Shown: positions 9,190-19,100 of the stretch, piece by piece
Position numbering within the stretch: the first letter of the stretch is position 1
Layout of the letters: every line of letters starts with the position of its first letter
Source of the DNA: Chitinophagaceae bacterium
Lineage (GTDB): Bacteria > Bacteroidota > Bacteroidia > Chitinophagales > Chitinophagaceae
Direction: 5' to 3'
Assembly (NCBI GenBank): GCA_947379895.1
Contig: CANCPA010000001.1
Coordinates: 6,286 to 70,285 of the forward strand
Length of the DNA: 64,000 nucleotides
Notes under the pieces: model-generated
What the model was told of the DNA's origin: nothing
Seen by the model: the letters and a program-made list of their open reading frames with translations, nothing else
The model's database searches: none
Made by a program: the position numbers and the translations under genes

Positions 9190-10431
9190 ATGTTTTCATC
9201 AATAAATAATAGAATTTCTAAGGTCCACCTTACCTCTAGTGTCAAGCAAACGGTGGTAGCGATGCTAGGAGTTACGTTTGGCATTAGTGTATATGTATTC
9301 ATGACGGGGTTCATGGCAGGGGTCAATAACTTACAGAGTGACCTTGCCTTTAGCGCTTTAGCACATGTTCGGATATACAATGACGGACCGTCAGATAACA
9401 GTAACCTTGCGAAAAAAGAATATCCAAATAGTGTAGTCAATGTCAGGAATGCGAAGGTGATAAAATACACCGACGGGATAAAGAATTCTACTGCCATTCT
9501 AGCGGCACTAAAATACCAAAAGGACATTAAAAGCATTACAGCACAAGTTAATATCAATGTTTTTTTTAAAAATGCTGGCAATAAGGTAAATGGGTTGGTG
9601 TCAGGTGTAGAGGTAACGTCGGAAAATAATGTTTATGGAAGTGCAAAACACATGTTGAAAGGCAATTGGAATGAATTGAAATATCGTTCAGATGGGATAT
9701 TTGTTGGTGTAGAACTAGCAAAAACTTTAGGCTTGAAGATGGATGACAATGTGAATATTCTTACGTCTGATGGCATCACAAAGAATTATAAAGTCATTGG
9801 GATTTTTAAAACAGATGTATATAATGTAGATAAAACGAAGGCTTATGTGGCAATCAATGCTGCAAGGCAGCTACTCGGTGTAAATCAGGATTATGTAACT
9901 GATATACAGATTGATGTATTTGACTACAATAATACGCAACCCCTGATTGACAACCTAAAGAGTATTATTCCCTATAAGGCTGAATCATGGCAGATGGGAA
10001 ATCAACAATTAGTAGCGGGTTCGAGTGTTCGGGATATGATTGCAAGGGCAGTATCCTTAGCAATTCTCATCGTTGCGGGGTTTGGAATTTATAATATTAT
10101 GAACATGACAATCAATCAAAAGATACGGGAGATTGCCATTTTGAAAGCAATGGGTTTCTCGGGAAGGGATGTCACACAGATTTTTCTGACCGAGGCCATC
10201 TTTATTGGTATCCTTGGAGGAGGATTGGGATTGGTATTAGGATATATTATTTCGAGGATGGTGAATAGGGTAAAATTTGAAGTGGCGGGAATGCATTACT
10301 TGCCAATGACTTATTTCCCACAAAACTATATCCTTGCCTTTACATTTGGTGTCATCACCACATTGATAGCAGGTTATTTACCTGCACATAAAGCCTCAAA
10401 GATTGACCCGGTAAGTATTCTGAGAGGATAA
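9190..10431 (+). CDS. ABC transporter permease, FtsX/MacB/LolE-like
   Basis: 4-TM layout; REIAILKAMGFS and AGYLPAHKASKIDPVSILRG motifs. Confidence 0.9.
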   Translation: MFSSINNRISKVHLTSSVKQTVVAMLGVTFGISVYVFMTGFMAGVNNLQSDLAFSALAHVRIYNDGPSDNSNLAKKEYPNSVVNVRNAKVIKYTDGIKNSTAILAALKYQKDIKSITAQVNINVFFKNAGNKVNGLVSGVEVTSENNVYGSAKHMLKGNWNELKYRSDGIFVGVELAKTLGLKMDDNVNILTSDGITKNYKVIGIFKTDVYNVDKTKAYVAINAARQLLGVNQDYVTDIQIDVFDYNNTQPLIDNLKSIIPYKAESWQMGNQQLVAGSSVRDMIARAVSLAILIVAGFGIYNIMNMTINQKIREIAILKAMGFSGRDVTQIFLTEAIFIGILGGGLGLVLGYIISRMVNRVKFEVAGMHYLPMTYFPQNYILAFTFGVITTLIAGYLPAHKASKIDPVSILRG

Positions 10432-10511
10432 TTTTAGTGGTTAGTTATTAGTTGTTATTTCTTTTCAATTAGTATCTGCCACTAACCACTAATCATTAAC
10501 AACTAACCACT
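10432..10511. repeat. Inverted heptamer-array element
   Basis: AGTGGTT AGTTATT AGTTGTT after the stop codon; CCACTAA CCACTAA TCATTAA CAACTAA CCACT before the next ATG. Confidence 0.8.
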
Positions 10512-11195
10512 ATGACTGACATTATTTTAAAAGCAGACAACATCGTTAAGTATTTCTACGAACCAGAAAAGTTTCAGGTTTTAAAGAATATTAGTTTCGA
10601 AGTGAAGAAAGGGGAATTCTTGGCATTAGTAGGCAAATCAGGTTGTGGAAAATCTACATTAATGTACATATTATCAACGATGGATACTGATTATTCTGGA
10701 ACCCTTAATATTAATGATACCCCTCTAAATAATAGGACTCAAAACGAATTGGCAGCCTTTCGAAATGAGAATATTGGCTTTGTATTCCAGTTTCATTATC
10801 TGTTGCCCGAGTTCTCTGCCATAGAAAATGTGATGATACCTGCCCTCAAACTAAAAAAGAAGAGTAAGGAAGAAATAAAAGAAAAAGCTTATCAAACCCT
10901 CGAATTATTAGGTTTGAGAGATCAGGCATTGAAGCACGTAAATAAACTGTCGGGAGGACAGCAGCAGCGGGTAGCGATTGCAAGGGCATTAATCAATGAT
11001 CCTACTATCATTATGGGTGATGAGCCTACGGGGAATTTAGATACGGCTAACACGCAAATTGTATTTGATATTTTCAGAGACTTAGCAAAGGAACGGAAAC
11101 AAACCATTATAGCTGTTACTCATGATGATGACTTTGCGGATAACTGTGACAGGATAATTGAGATGAAAGATGGGAGGATAGTTAATGGTCGGTAA
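10512..11195 (+). CDS. ABC transporter ATP-binding protein, LolD/MacB-like
   Basis: Walker A GKSGCGKS, signature LSGGQQQR, Walker B IMGDEPTGNLD, H-loop VTHD. Confidence 0.95.
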   Translation: MTDIILKADNIVKYFYEPEKFQVLKNISFEVKKGEFLALVGKSGCGKSTLMYILSTMDTDYSGTLNINDTPLNNRTQNELAAFRNENIGFVFQFHYLLPEFSAIENVMIPALKLKKKSKEEIKEKAYQTLELLGLRDQALKHVNKLSGGQQQRVAIARALINDPTIIMGDEPTGNLDTANTQIVFDIFRDLAKERKQTIIAVTHDDDFADNCDRIIEMKDGRIVNGR

Positions 11196-11196
11196 G

Positions 11197-11280
11197 TCAA
11201 GTTGCAGGTTACAGACAGGTTGCAGGTTTCAAGTTGCAGGTTTCTAGTACTTGAATCCTGCAACTTGAAACTTGAAACTA
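11197..11280. repeat. Inverted heptamer-array element between convergent genes
   Basis: TCAAGTT GCAGGTT ... GCAGGTT TCAAGTT GCAGGTT versus CCTGC AACTTGA AACTTGA AACT. Confidence 0.85.
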
Positions 11281-11586
11281 AGAAGGAAACTTCTCCTGCC
11301 AAGCTAATACTCCACCTACTATATTTACGGTGTTTGTAAAACCAAACTGTTCAAGTATCAAACAAGCTGTTTGACTTCTCTTTCCACTTCTACAGTGAAT
11401 AATTACTTCTTTATCACGCAAATCTTCAATTTCATCAATTGCATTCGCTTGAATGTTTCCCAATGGGATCAAGTGGGCTCCGATATTAAATTCTGCATAT
11501 TCTGATGGTTCACGTACATCAAGCAGATTTATTTTTTCACCTGCATCTAATCTAGCTTTTAATTGCTCTACAGTAATCTCTGTCAT
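11278..11586 (-). CDS. Rhodanese-like domain protein
   Basis: LLDVREPSEY and active-site loop HCRSGKRS. Confidence 0.92.
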   Translation of the reverse strand: MTEITVEQLKARLDAGEKINLLDVREPSEYAEFNIGAHLIPLGNIQANAIDEIEDLRDKEVIIHCRSGKRSQTACLILEQFGFTNTVNIVGGVLAWQEKFPS

Positions 11587-11598
11587 GTTTTATCTATT

Positions 11599-12426
11599 TT
11601 ATTGTTGTGGGTATGAATTTGTTGAATCCTTCACAGGAGCAGTAGTACTTATATAAAGATCCAAAGTAGTTCCTTGTTTGATTGTATTAATAAGTCTTTG
11701 ACCGGCAATTGCAGGAGTTGCGCCACTAAATATCGGTGGATTTTGTTTAATCACAAATGCATTCAGACTATCTGTAACAGTTCCTTCTGCAATAATAGAT
11801 CCTACACCTAAACTCATCAAAGCAAGTTTACTCTTTGCTTGTTGCAGCGTAAGACCCACCACATCAGGAACGTTTATAGCACTATCACTTAAACCTGCGC
11901 CCAATACAAAGCTTATCGAGCTACCTACAGGCACCTGAGTTCCAGGTTTAATTGGTTCTTTATTAAAGAGCTGTTCAAGTACCGAGTTTCTAGCAAAATC
12001 GGGCTTGTAAGTAGTATCTCCCATCTTCAATCCCATACTCTCTAAATACATCTTTGCACTCTTATAAGAGAAACCAATAAGACTTGGCATCTCTATTTTT
12101 GGAGGAACAGACCTATTTACCGTTAAATAAATCGTTCTGCCATGTTTTACCATTGCTGAGCCTTCTGGTATCTGCTTAGATATCACTAATGCGGGCAAAG
12201 AGGTAGTAAATATGGAATCTGAAACCTCTACTCTGAACCCCTTAGATTCTAGTGTATTGATTGCCGCATAAACATTTTGCCCCGTAATGTCCGGAACTTT
12301 GTCATACTGTCCATGTCCTGTAATAAAACCTAAAGAGATAAAAAATAAAACTATCAATATTCCCAAAGAGCCAATTGCCACTGTAATATTAACCCACAAA
12401 GGCTTAGAAGTGATAAATTTAAACAT
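11599..12426 (-). CDS. PASTA domain-containing membrane protein
   Basis: N-terminal TM followed by three PASTA repeats (VPDITG, MPSLIG, VPDVVG). Confidence 0.92.
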   Translation of the reverse strand: MFKFITSKPLWVNITVAIGSLGILIVLFFISLGFITGHGQYDKVPDITGQNVYAAINTLESKGFRVEVSDSIFTTSLPALVISKQIPEGSAMVKHGRTIYLTVNRSVPPKIEMPSLIGFSYKSAKMYLESMGLKMGDTTYKPDFARNSVLEQLFNKEPIKPGTQVPVGSSISFVLGAGLSDSAINVPDVVGLTLQQAKSKLALMSLGVGSIIAEGTVTDSLNAFVIKQNPPIFSGATPAIAGQRLINTIKQGTTLDLYISTTAPVKDSTNSYPQQ

Positions 12427-12444
12427 GAGTCATAATTTAATTTT

Positions 12445-12518
12445 TAGTGGTTAATGATTAATGGTTAGTCTCTGTGATATAAGATACAAGTTCTAACTGT
12501 TAACCACTGTTTACTAAC
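12445..12518. repeat. Inverted heptamer-array element
   Basis: AGTGGTT AATGATT AATGGTT AG versus CTAACTGTTAACCACT. Confidence 0.7.
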
Positions 12519-12520
12519 AT

Positions 12521-13501
12521 CTACAAAAGTGCTTCTTCAATTATTGATGTATAAAAATCTTTTAGTTGCCATCCCATTGCCTTTACTTGTTGAGGAATAA
12601 TACTAGCGGCACTTTGACCAGGCACTGTATTTATTTCTAACATATAAGGTCGACCATTTGATTCATTCAAGATAAAATCTATTCTTACTACGCCTCTACA
12701 ATTCAGTACTTGATAAGCTTTTGTAGCGGCCATTCTAATTGCATTTGCAAAATCGCTCTCTAATAAAGCAGGGGTAATTTCTTCACTAAGCCCTTGATAC
12801 TTTGCTTCATAATCAAAGAAATCTTTTTTTGTGATAATCTCTGTAATTGGAAGGGTTGTTATCTCGCCTTTAGATTTAAAGACGCCAATTGTAAACTCCC
12901 GTCCCTTTATATATTCTTCAACTAATACTTGATTATCCTCCTTGAAAGCCTTTTGAATGGCTGTTTCTAGTTCAGAGAGTTCATTTACCTTACTCATTCC
13001 GATACTACTCCCTCCATTATTTGGCTTTACAAAAACAGGCATTTTTAATTGCTCACCAATTACATCAACTGAAACAGGAGTATGTTTGAAAAGGTGAACA
13101 CTCTTAGCAACATCAATACCACTAAATGATGCAACAGCTACCGTATATCTTTTATTGAATGTAATTGCCGAAGTAGCTGCATCGCAACTTGTGTAAGGAA
13201 TATTTAACATGTCAAAATAGCCTTGTAGCTTACCGTCTTCACCAGGCGTACCATGAATGCAAAGCAAAATTGCATCGAAACAGATTTTTATCCCTTTATC
13301 GATTATCGAAAAGTCTTGTCTATTTACCTCAGAACGCTCATTATTTTCATTAATAAAAGCCCATTCAGTGGGAGTGATATCAATCTTATAGAAATCAAAT
13401 CTTGAAGTGTCAATATTGTTACCAACTGTAATTGCACTTTTATAACTTATAACTGCTTCACCGCTATAACCACCCGTAACTAATGCTATCTTCTTCTTCA
13501 T
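12521..13501 (-). CDS. ddl: D-alanine--D-alanine ligase
   Basis: GGYSGEAVIS, IHGTPGEDGKLQG, KPNNGGSSIG and EINTVPG motifs. Confidence 0.97.
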   Translation of the reverse strand: MKKKIALVTGGYSGEAVISYKSAITVGNNIDTSRFDFYKIDITPTEWAFINENNERSEVNRQDFSIIDKGIKICFDAILLCIHGTPGEDGKLQGYFDMLNIPYTSCDAATSAITFNKRYTVAVASFSGIDVAKSVHLFKHTPVSVDVIGEQLKMPVFVKPNNGGSSIGMSKVNELSELETAIQKAFKEDNQVLVEEYIKGREFTIGVFKSKGEITTLPITEIITKKDFFDYEAKYQGLSEEITPALLESDFANAIRMAATKAYQVLNCRGVVRIDFILNESNGRPYMLEINTVPGQSAASIIPQQVKAMGWQLKDFYTSIIEEALL

Positions 13502-13591
13502 TCTTTAAACTAATGAGTGTCAAATATAATATCCTTTTCCATTACAGATTAGAATGATTTGAGTGAACCACCATTCCTAAAGGTAGAGTCT

Positions 13592-13650
13592 GTTACTACT
13601 CAGGGAGTTTTACCACAACGAACACTGAGTTTTTCACAAAGAATCACACT
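13592..13650. mobile_element. Solo arm of the GTTACTAC MITE-like family
   Basis: GTTACTACTCAGGGAGTTTTACCACAACGAACACTGAG...CACAAAGAATCACAC aligns with the left arms at 6340 and 59591. No second arm was found. Confidence 0.65.
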
Positions 13651-13728
13651 AATTTATAGTTTATTTTATACAGTTATTCCCTTTTAAATAAAACATAAAA
13701 ATCATAATTCATATCTCATCACTAACAA

Positions 13729-15690
13729 CTACCCTTCCATTTCCATTATCTGTTCAAACAATGTTTCATATTGCGATTCTGCTTGCTTAATTTTATTGTT
13801 AATGTCTTTGTAAGACTTTTCTGTTTCAGCAAATTTAGTCACATTCTTATAGCTCTCAGGGTCTGCTAATGCCAATTCAATCTCCGTTCTTTCTTTTTTT
13901 AGCTGTTCTAATTCCTGTTCCACTTTCGAGAATCGGTTCTGCAATTTCTTCAATTCAGTATTATCAATTCTAGGCTTTACTACATTTTTAGGAGCGGTAT
14001 CTTGTTGTTTAGACTTCTGCTCTTCCTGCTTTTTAGACTCCTCTTTCGTTACCTGAGTTGCTTTACGACTTTCTTCTTTCGCTTTTTTTGCCATCCTTTC
14101 CTTCCATTCTACATATTCGGTATACGAACCCTTAAACTCCTTGATTTCATGGTCAACTATTTCCCAAATCTTGTTAGCAGTCTTAGAAACAAAGAAACGG
14201 TCATGACTCACTAAGATGATACTTCCTTCATATTTAGTCAGTGCATCAGCTAATAATTCCACACTATGCATATCGAGGTGATTGGTAGGTTCATCAAGCA
14301 TCAGAAAGTTACTCTTGCTTACTATTACTTTCGCTAATGCAACACGAGCCTTTTCACCACCGCTCAATATCTTAATTTTCTTATCACTATCATCTCCACT
14401 AAATAAGAAACAACCCAATAAATTTCTTAATTCAGGTTCTGTTTTACCACTCCTCGTTTCCATCATCTCATCAAGAATCGAATTATTTAGGTTTAGTGCC
14501 TCTAATTGATGTTGCGCATAGAAACTACTGTCTACATTATGCCCCCAAATACGTTCACCACCAAAATTATCTTCTGTACCTGCAATAATCCTTAGTAGCG
14601 TACTCTTTCCCTTTCCATTTGCCCCAATCAGTGCAATCTTATCCCCTCTATCAATCTCTGCTATTCCTTTATCAATAATTAAATTATCTCCATATTTTTT
14701 ATGAATATCTTTAAGAGAAACAAGTACACGTCCGGGTTGATTATTCATTTGAAAATTGATCTTCAGGTTAGGTCTTTCAAGTCCTGCACTTTCTAATCTT
14801 TCAATCTTATCTAATTTCTTCATCAGACTCTGTGCAGCAGCAGCTTTTGATGCTTTAGCGCGGAAACGCTCTATAAAACGTTCTTGTTGATTGATATACT
14901 CTTGTTGATTTTCGAATGCCCTTTGTTGCATTTCAATCCTCAACTCCTTTTCAGTTTCATAATATTCGTAATTACCAGAATAGATATGCAGTTTCTGTTG
15001 ATAGATTTCCACAATCTTAGTCACCATTCTATTCAAAAAGAATTTATCGTGACTTACGATCACCACACTGCCTTGATAATGAAGCAAATACTTTTCCAAC
15101 CATTCAATTGAAGGTAAATCCAAGTGATTCGTAGGTTCATCTAAAAGCAATACATCGGGTGCCTGCAATATCATTTTAGTCAATAGCACTCGCATTCTCC
15201 AACCCCCACTAAACTCCTTGTAGGGTTTGTTCATTTGTTCGGTACTAAAGCCTAGGCCATGTAAGACTTCTTCAGTTTTGTGTTGAATATTATAACCGTC
15301 CAATACATCCATTTCATGGAGTTTGTCGGTATAGTCTGTTAGTAGTTTTTCATTTTCATTAGTCTCCAATTCAATACCCAATTCATAAATTTCCTTTTCT
15401 AATTCACGAACTCTTTCAAACGCTCCCATTGCCACTTCTAAGATACTCTCGCTAGTATCAAAGCTCAATAAATCCTGATGCAAGTATCCGATAGTGGTAT
15501 CCCTACCTTTTTCAACAGTTCCTTTTGAAGGAAGGTATTGTCCAACCAAAACCTTTAGTAAAGTTGATTTTCCAGTACCATTATATCCAATCAAACCAAT
15601 TCTTTCACCGGGTGTAATATGCCAAGTAGCTTCCTCTACAATTACCCTTGCACCAAATTCGAACGTTAAGTTTTGAAAACCTATCAACAT
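13729..15690 (-). CDS. ABC-F family ATP-binding protein
   Basis: Two ABC domains (GYNGTGKS/FSGGWRMR and GANGKGKS/LSGGEKAR), no TM segments, C-terminal coiled coil. A TACATTTG -7 box lies at 15712-15719. Confidence 0.95.
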   Translation of the reverse strand: MLIGFQNLTFEFGARVIVEEATWHITPGERIGLIGYNGTGKSTLLKVLVGQYLPSKGTVEKGRDTTIGYLHQDLLSFDTSESILEVAMGAFERVRELEKEIYELGIELETNENEKLLTDYTDKLHEMDVLDGYNIQHKTEEVLHGLGFSTEQMNKPYKEFSGGWRMRVLLTKMILQAPDVLLLDEPTNHLDLPSIEWLEKYLLHYQGSVVIVSHDKFFLNRMVTKIVEIYQQKLHIYSGNYEYYETEKELRIEMQQRAFENQQEYINQQERFIERFRAKASKAAAAQSLMKKLDKIERLESAGLERPNLKINFQMNNQPGRVLVSLKDIHKKYGDNLIIDKGIAEIDRGDKIALIGANGKGKSTLLRIIAGTEDNFGGERIWGHNVDSSFYAQHQLEALNLNNSILDEMMETRSGKTEPELRNLLGCFLFSGDDSDKKIKILSGGEKARVALAKVIVSKSNFLMLDEPTNHLDMHSVELLADALTKYEGSIILVSHDRFFVSKTANKIWEIVDHEIKEFKGSYTEYVEWKERMAKKAKEESRKATQVTKEESKKQEEQKSKQQDTAPKNVVKPRIDNTELKKLQNRFSKVEQELEQLKKERTEIELALADPESYKNVTKFAETEKSYKDINNKIKQAESQYETLFEQIMEMEG

Positions 15691-15965
15691 GTAATCCTAA
15701 TTTTTGAGCCGCAAATGTAGTTGATGCATGGTAATAAAAGGTTAACGGTATTGACATTCTATCTATTAGGGAGGAATTAACGGTTAATTTTCTATAAATA
15801 TACATTTATTGCAACACTACTCGTATGCACTGATTGAGTGGACGAAGTAAATGATTGATAATTTGCATTGATTAAAACACCATTTTCATGGAATGAATTG
15901 GTGCCGATGCCCAATGATTAACTTCCGAATTAACATTGATTGATTGTAGAAGACGGGTTTAAATT

Positions 15966-16004
15966 AAAAAGCCCTTGACATCAAGAAGATATCAAGGGCT
16001 TTTT
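15966..16004. terminator. Intrinsic terminator-like hairpin
   Basis: AAAAAGCCCTTGACATC-AAGAA-GATATCAAGGGCTTTTT, with one mismatch. Confidence 0.75.
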
Positions 16005-16029
16005 GAGTATTATATTATAAACTTATTTT

Positions 16030-16072
16030 TATATAATGAAGGTTTCGCATACTGCAAAACCTTCATTATATA
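16030..16072 (-). terminator. Hairpin just downstream of the giant T9SS gene
   Basis: 20-bp stem with one mismatch: TATATAATGAAGGTTTCGCA-TAC-TGCAAAACCTTCATTATATA. Confidence 0.6.
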
Positions 16073-16105
16073 ACTGAATCAACTTAACTTAAAGATCTTG
16101 AACTA

Positions 16106-19100
16106 TTACTCCTTTATAAATTTCTTCACCTGACTATTACCATTCTCATCCGTTAAATCTAGCATATAAACACCACTTGCTAAATGTGCAGCAGGTATAC
16201 CTAGCTTATTATTAACTGATGAAATTGAAGCAAATTCAGCAACTACCTTTCCTGCCAAGCTTAAGACTTTTACATGATAGCTATTAGAGTTAATCATACT
16301 CTTAGCAATAGATACATTTATTTTGTCTTTTACCGGATTAGGGTAAATATTAATAGTTGAAATTGACGAGTTATCTGTTGACAGTTTTACAATATTGCTG
16401 TAAATAACAGTACCATTTTTTTCTACTGCTTTAATACGATAGTAAAGTGAAGTTGCATCTTCAGGTAACTGATTATCGTCTGATTGGTAGCTACTTGAGT
16501 TTGATGCTTTAACAGTATTAATCGAAACAAAGCTCTTAGCATCAGTACTTCTTTCTACTTGATAAGAAACTATGTTTATTTCACTTGTTACATGCCAATT
16601 CACAGCCACACTATTACCATTTTTAGTAGCACCTATATTAGTAAAGTTTACAGGTAATGGATTAGCAGCAGCATTAGTGAATATCAAAGCAAAACGGTTG
16701 TTACCCTTACTTGCTGTATCTGATGTAATGTTAAATCCGTAAGAAGGATTTGCCCTCACATCATTTTTAACAGACAAATACTTATCAAACAATATGATTG
16801 ATTGCGTAGTATCTAGTGCTGCGAAGTCGCTAAATGCTAATTTAAAACTTCCAGCAGTTGTACTGCTAATACCTAAGGTAACAGTATCTATTGCTAATGT
16901 GTCAGGGTAATAAGAAACAGCCAACCTATCAGAGCCCTTCAATGCGACGATCTGTTGAGATCCACCTCCAAAAGAAACTGCATCATTTACATTATAGTCT
17001 TTTGTACCTGAAGGTGTAAACTTAACCACAATCTCATCTAAACGAGTATCCGCAAGATTAGTAAATCCAACTCTGATTTGTTTCACAGGATTCGTTCCAA
17101 AGAATTTAATACGATTTGGTGTCGTACCAATCTTATGAGCCTCCTTGAAAGTAACCGTCTGTGAAGAACCACTTGCAGATTGAACGAAGAAAGCCTGCCC
17201 ACTCTCCAAATTATTTACATAACCATCATCGCCTGTAGGCACATTCAAGGCAGTACCACCCGAATAAGTAGTATAGTTACCATTTGAGCTATTAGGACTG
17301 TATAACCACATGTTACCCGTTATTCCTGTTGATGCGTTTGCATTATCCGTACGGAATGCATCGAAATCAATCGGAGATGGATATGGATTTGCTAATAAAG
17401 TATATAGATTAGCAGGAACTGATTTTGTTGTCAAATCAACAACTACATCACCCGCACCAACTGTACCCTTTGCAGAAAGTGTTACTGCAACAGGAGCTGT
17501 CGGAGTACCACTAGCCAACTGATCTGTACAAGTACCTTGAGTACGATCCCCACGTATATTGATTCTATACCCCTTTCCAAGTACTAAATTATCAGTGGTA
17601 GTTGGAATTGGAGTCCAATGACTTCCTCCATTCATTGCAGAACCGTAATAATACATACTAGCACTAGCAGCTTGCGAAACATCGAAACCATTTGTATTAT
17701 ACTTGTCTGTAGAAATTAAACCATTTCCTGTTGTAGTACCACAAATTGTACCACCACTTCCTGAGCCAGTAATGTAGAAATTCTTCTGCCATGAATTTTG
17801 AATAGATACGCCACCCACTGCACTTCCGATGAAGCTATATTTACGAGCTGCCTTTGAAGGAATATATCTCTCAACAGTCACATCGCCCACAATTGAACCT
17901 GCAGATTGTGCAATACGTGCGGAGCCGCTCAAATCTGATTTAAGTGATAAGTTTCCTCCTGTAGTTAAGGTAGCACCACTTCCAATCGTTACTATACCCG
18001 CACTAGCGCCTGCAGTAATATTAACCGCATTACCAAGCGTAACTGACGAACTACTATTCAATGTTAAGTTTTTGATAGTATTGCTAGCAGGAGTTAGATA
18101 TAAAGTTCCCGCTGAACCACCAATTGTTAAGCTAGATGATGCGCTTCCCGAAATAGTACCTGTTCCAGAAACAGTTCCGTTAATAGTCAATTTATTTCCG
18201 CCTAATCCAAGTGTTGTTCCACTAGCAATACTCAAATTGTTGACTGTTGTATCAGCTGCAAGAACAGGCAAATAGGTGGTTCCTGTAGGAATGGTAATAT
18301 TATCGGCACCTGTAGGTACTGAATAGCTTTGCCAGTTCGCAACATTAGTGTAACTAGTACTCACCACTCCAAGCCATTGTCCTACTGTACCCGCAGTGAT
18401 GTTACGAGCAGTCAAAGAGGGTTGCGATAAGGTATAAGCCGCCGCATTTGTACCAGAAAGCGTACTCGTACTTGTGATTGCAAGACCTGTTCCAGGTGTA
18501 TTTTGACTATAATTATAAACAGGAACTAGGGTAACATTATCGCCACTTACCAAACCACTAAGCGTTGCACCAGAAACAGAGGCAGTAGCATTGCCATCGT
18601 ATACCTTATTCGCTGTTGTTGCTCCTGTGATTGTAAGAGGAATTGCAGTTTCTACAATTGCAACATCGTTAGACAAATTTGTAGAAGCGGTGTAACTACT
18701 TGAAGTAGGATAGTATGTAGAAGCGACTAATGAACCTACAGAATTATAATTAGTGGTTACACTTGCACCATCTCTTCTAATAATTGATACAGTTCCTGTT
18801 GGTGTAGCCCCACTATTATTTAAACTAATAGTATAAGCTAAGCTAGAAGTATTTTGAAGTATGTTATAATATCTATTACCGAAACGATTAAAACTTACAT
18901 CATTTGGTATTGTACCTGGGAAGTTCCCTTCAAACTGTTCAATAATTACTATAGAAGTTGGAGAAGGAGCCGAAGAATAAGTAAATAAAATAGGACGATA
19001 TACACCGCTTTTACCTATAGGAAAGGAATAAGTTGTCGCAATTGGTGTGCTTAGTCCAAGAGGCCCATTCACATAACTGTTAGCAGAACCACCAGAAACT

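Noticed and set aside
13729-15690. ABC-F as an antibiotic-resistance (ARE) gene with an attenuator
   Set aside because: The -7 box is only about 20 nt from the start, leaving no room for a leader peptide or attenuator; it looks like a housekeeping ABC-F.
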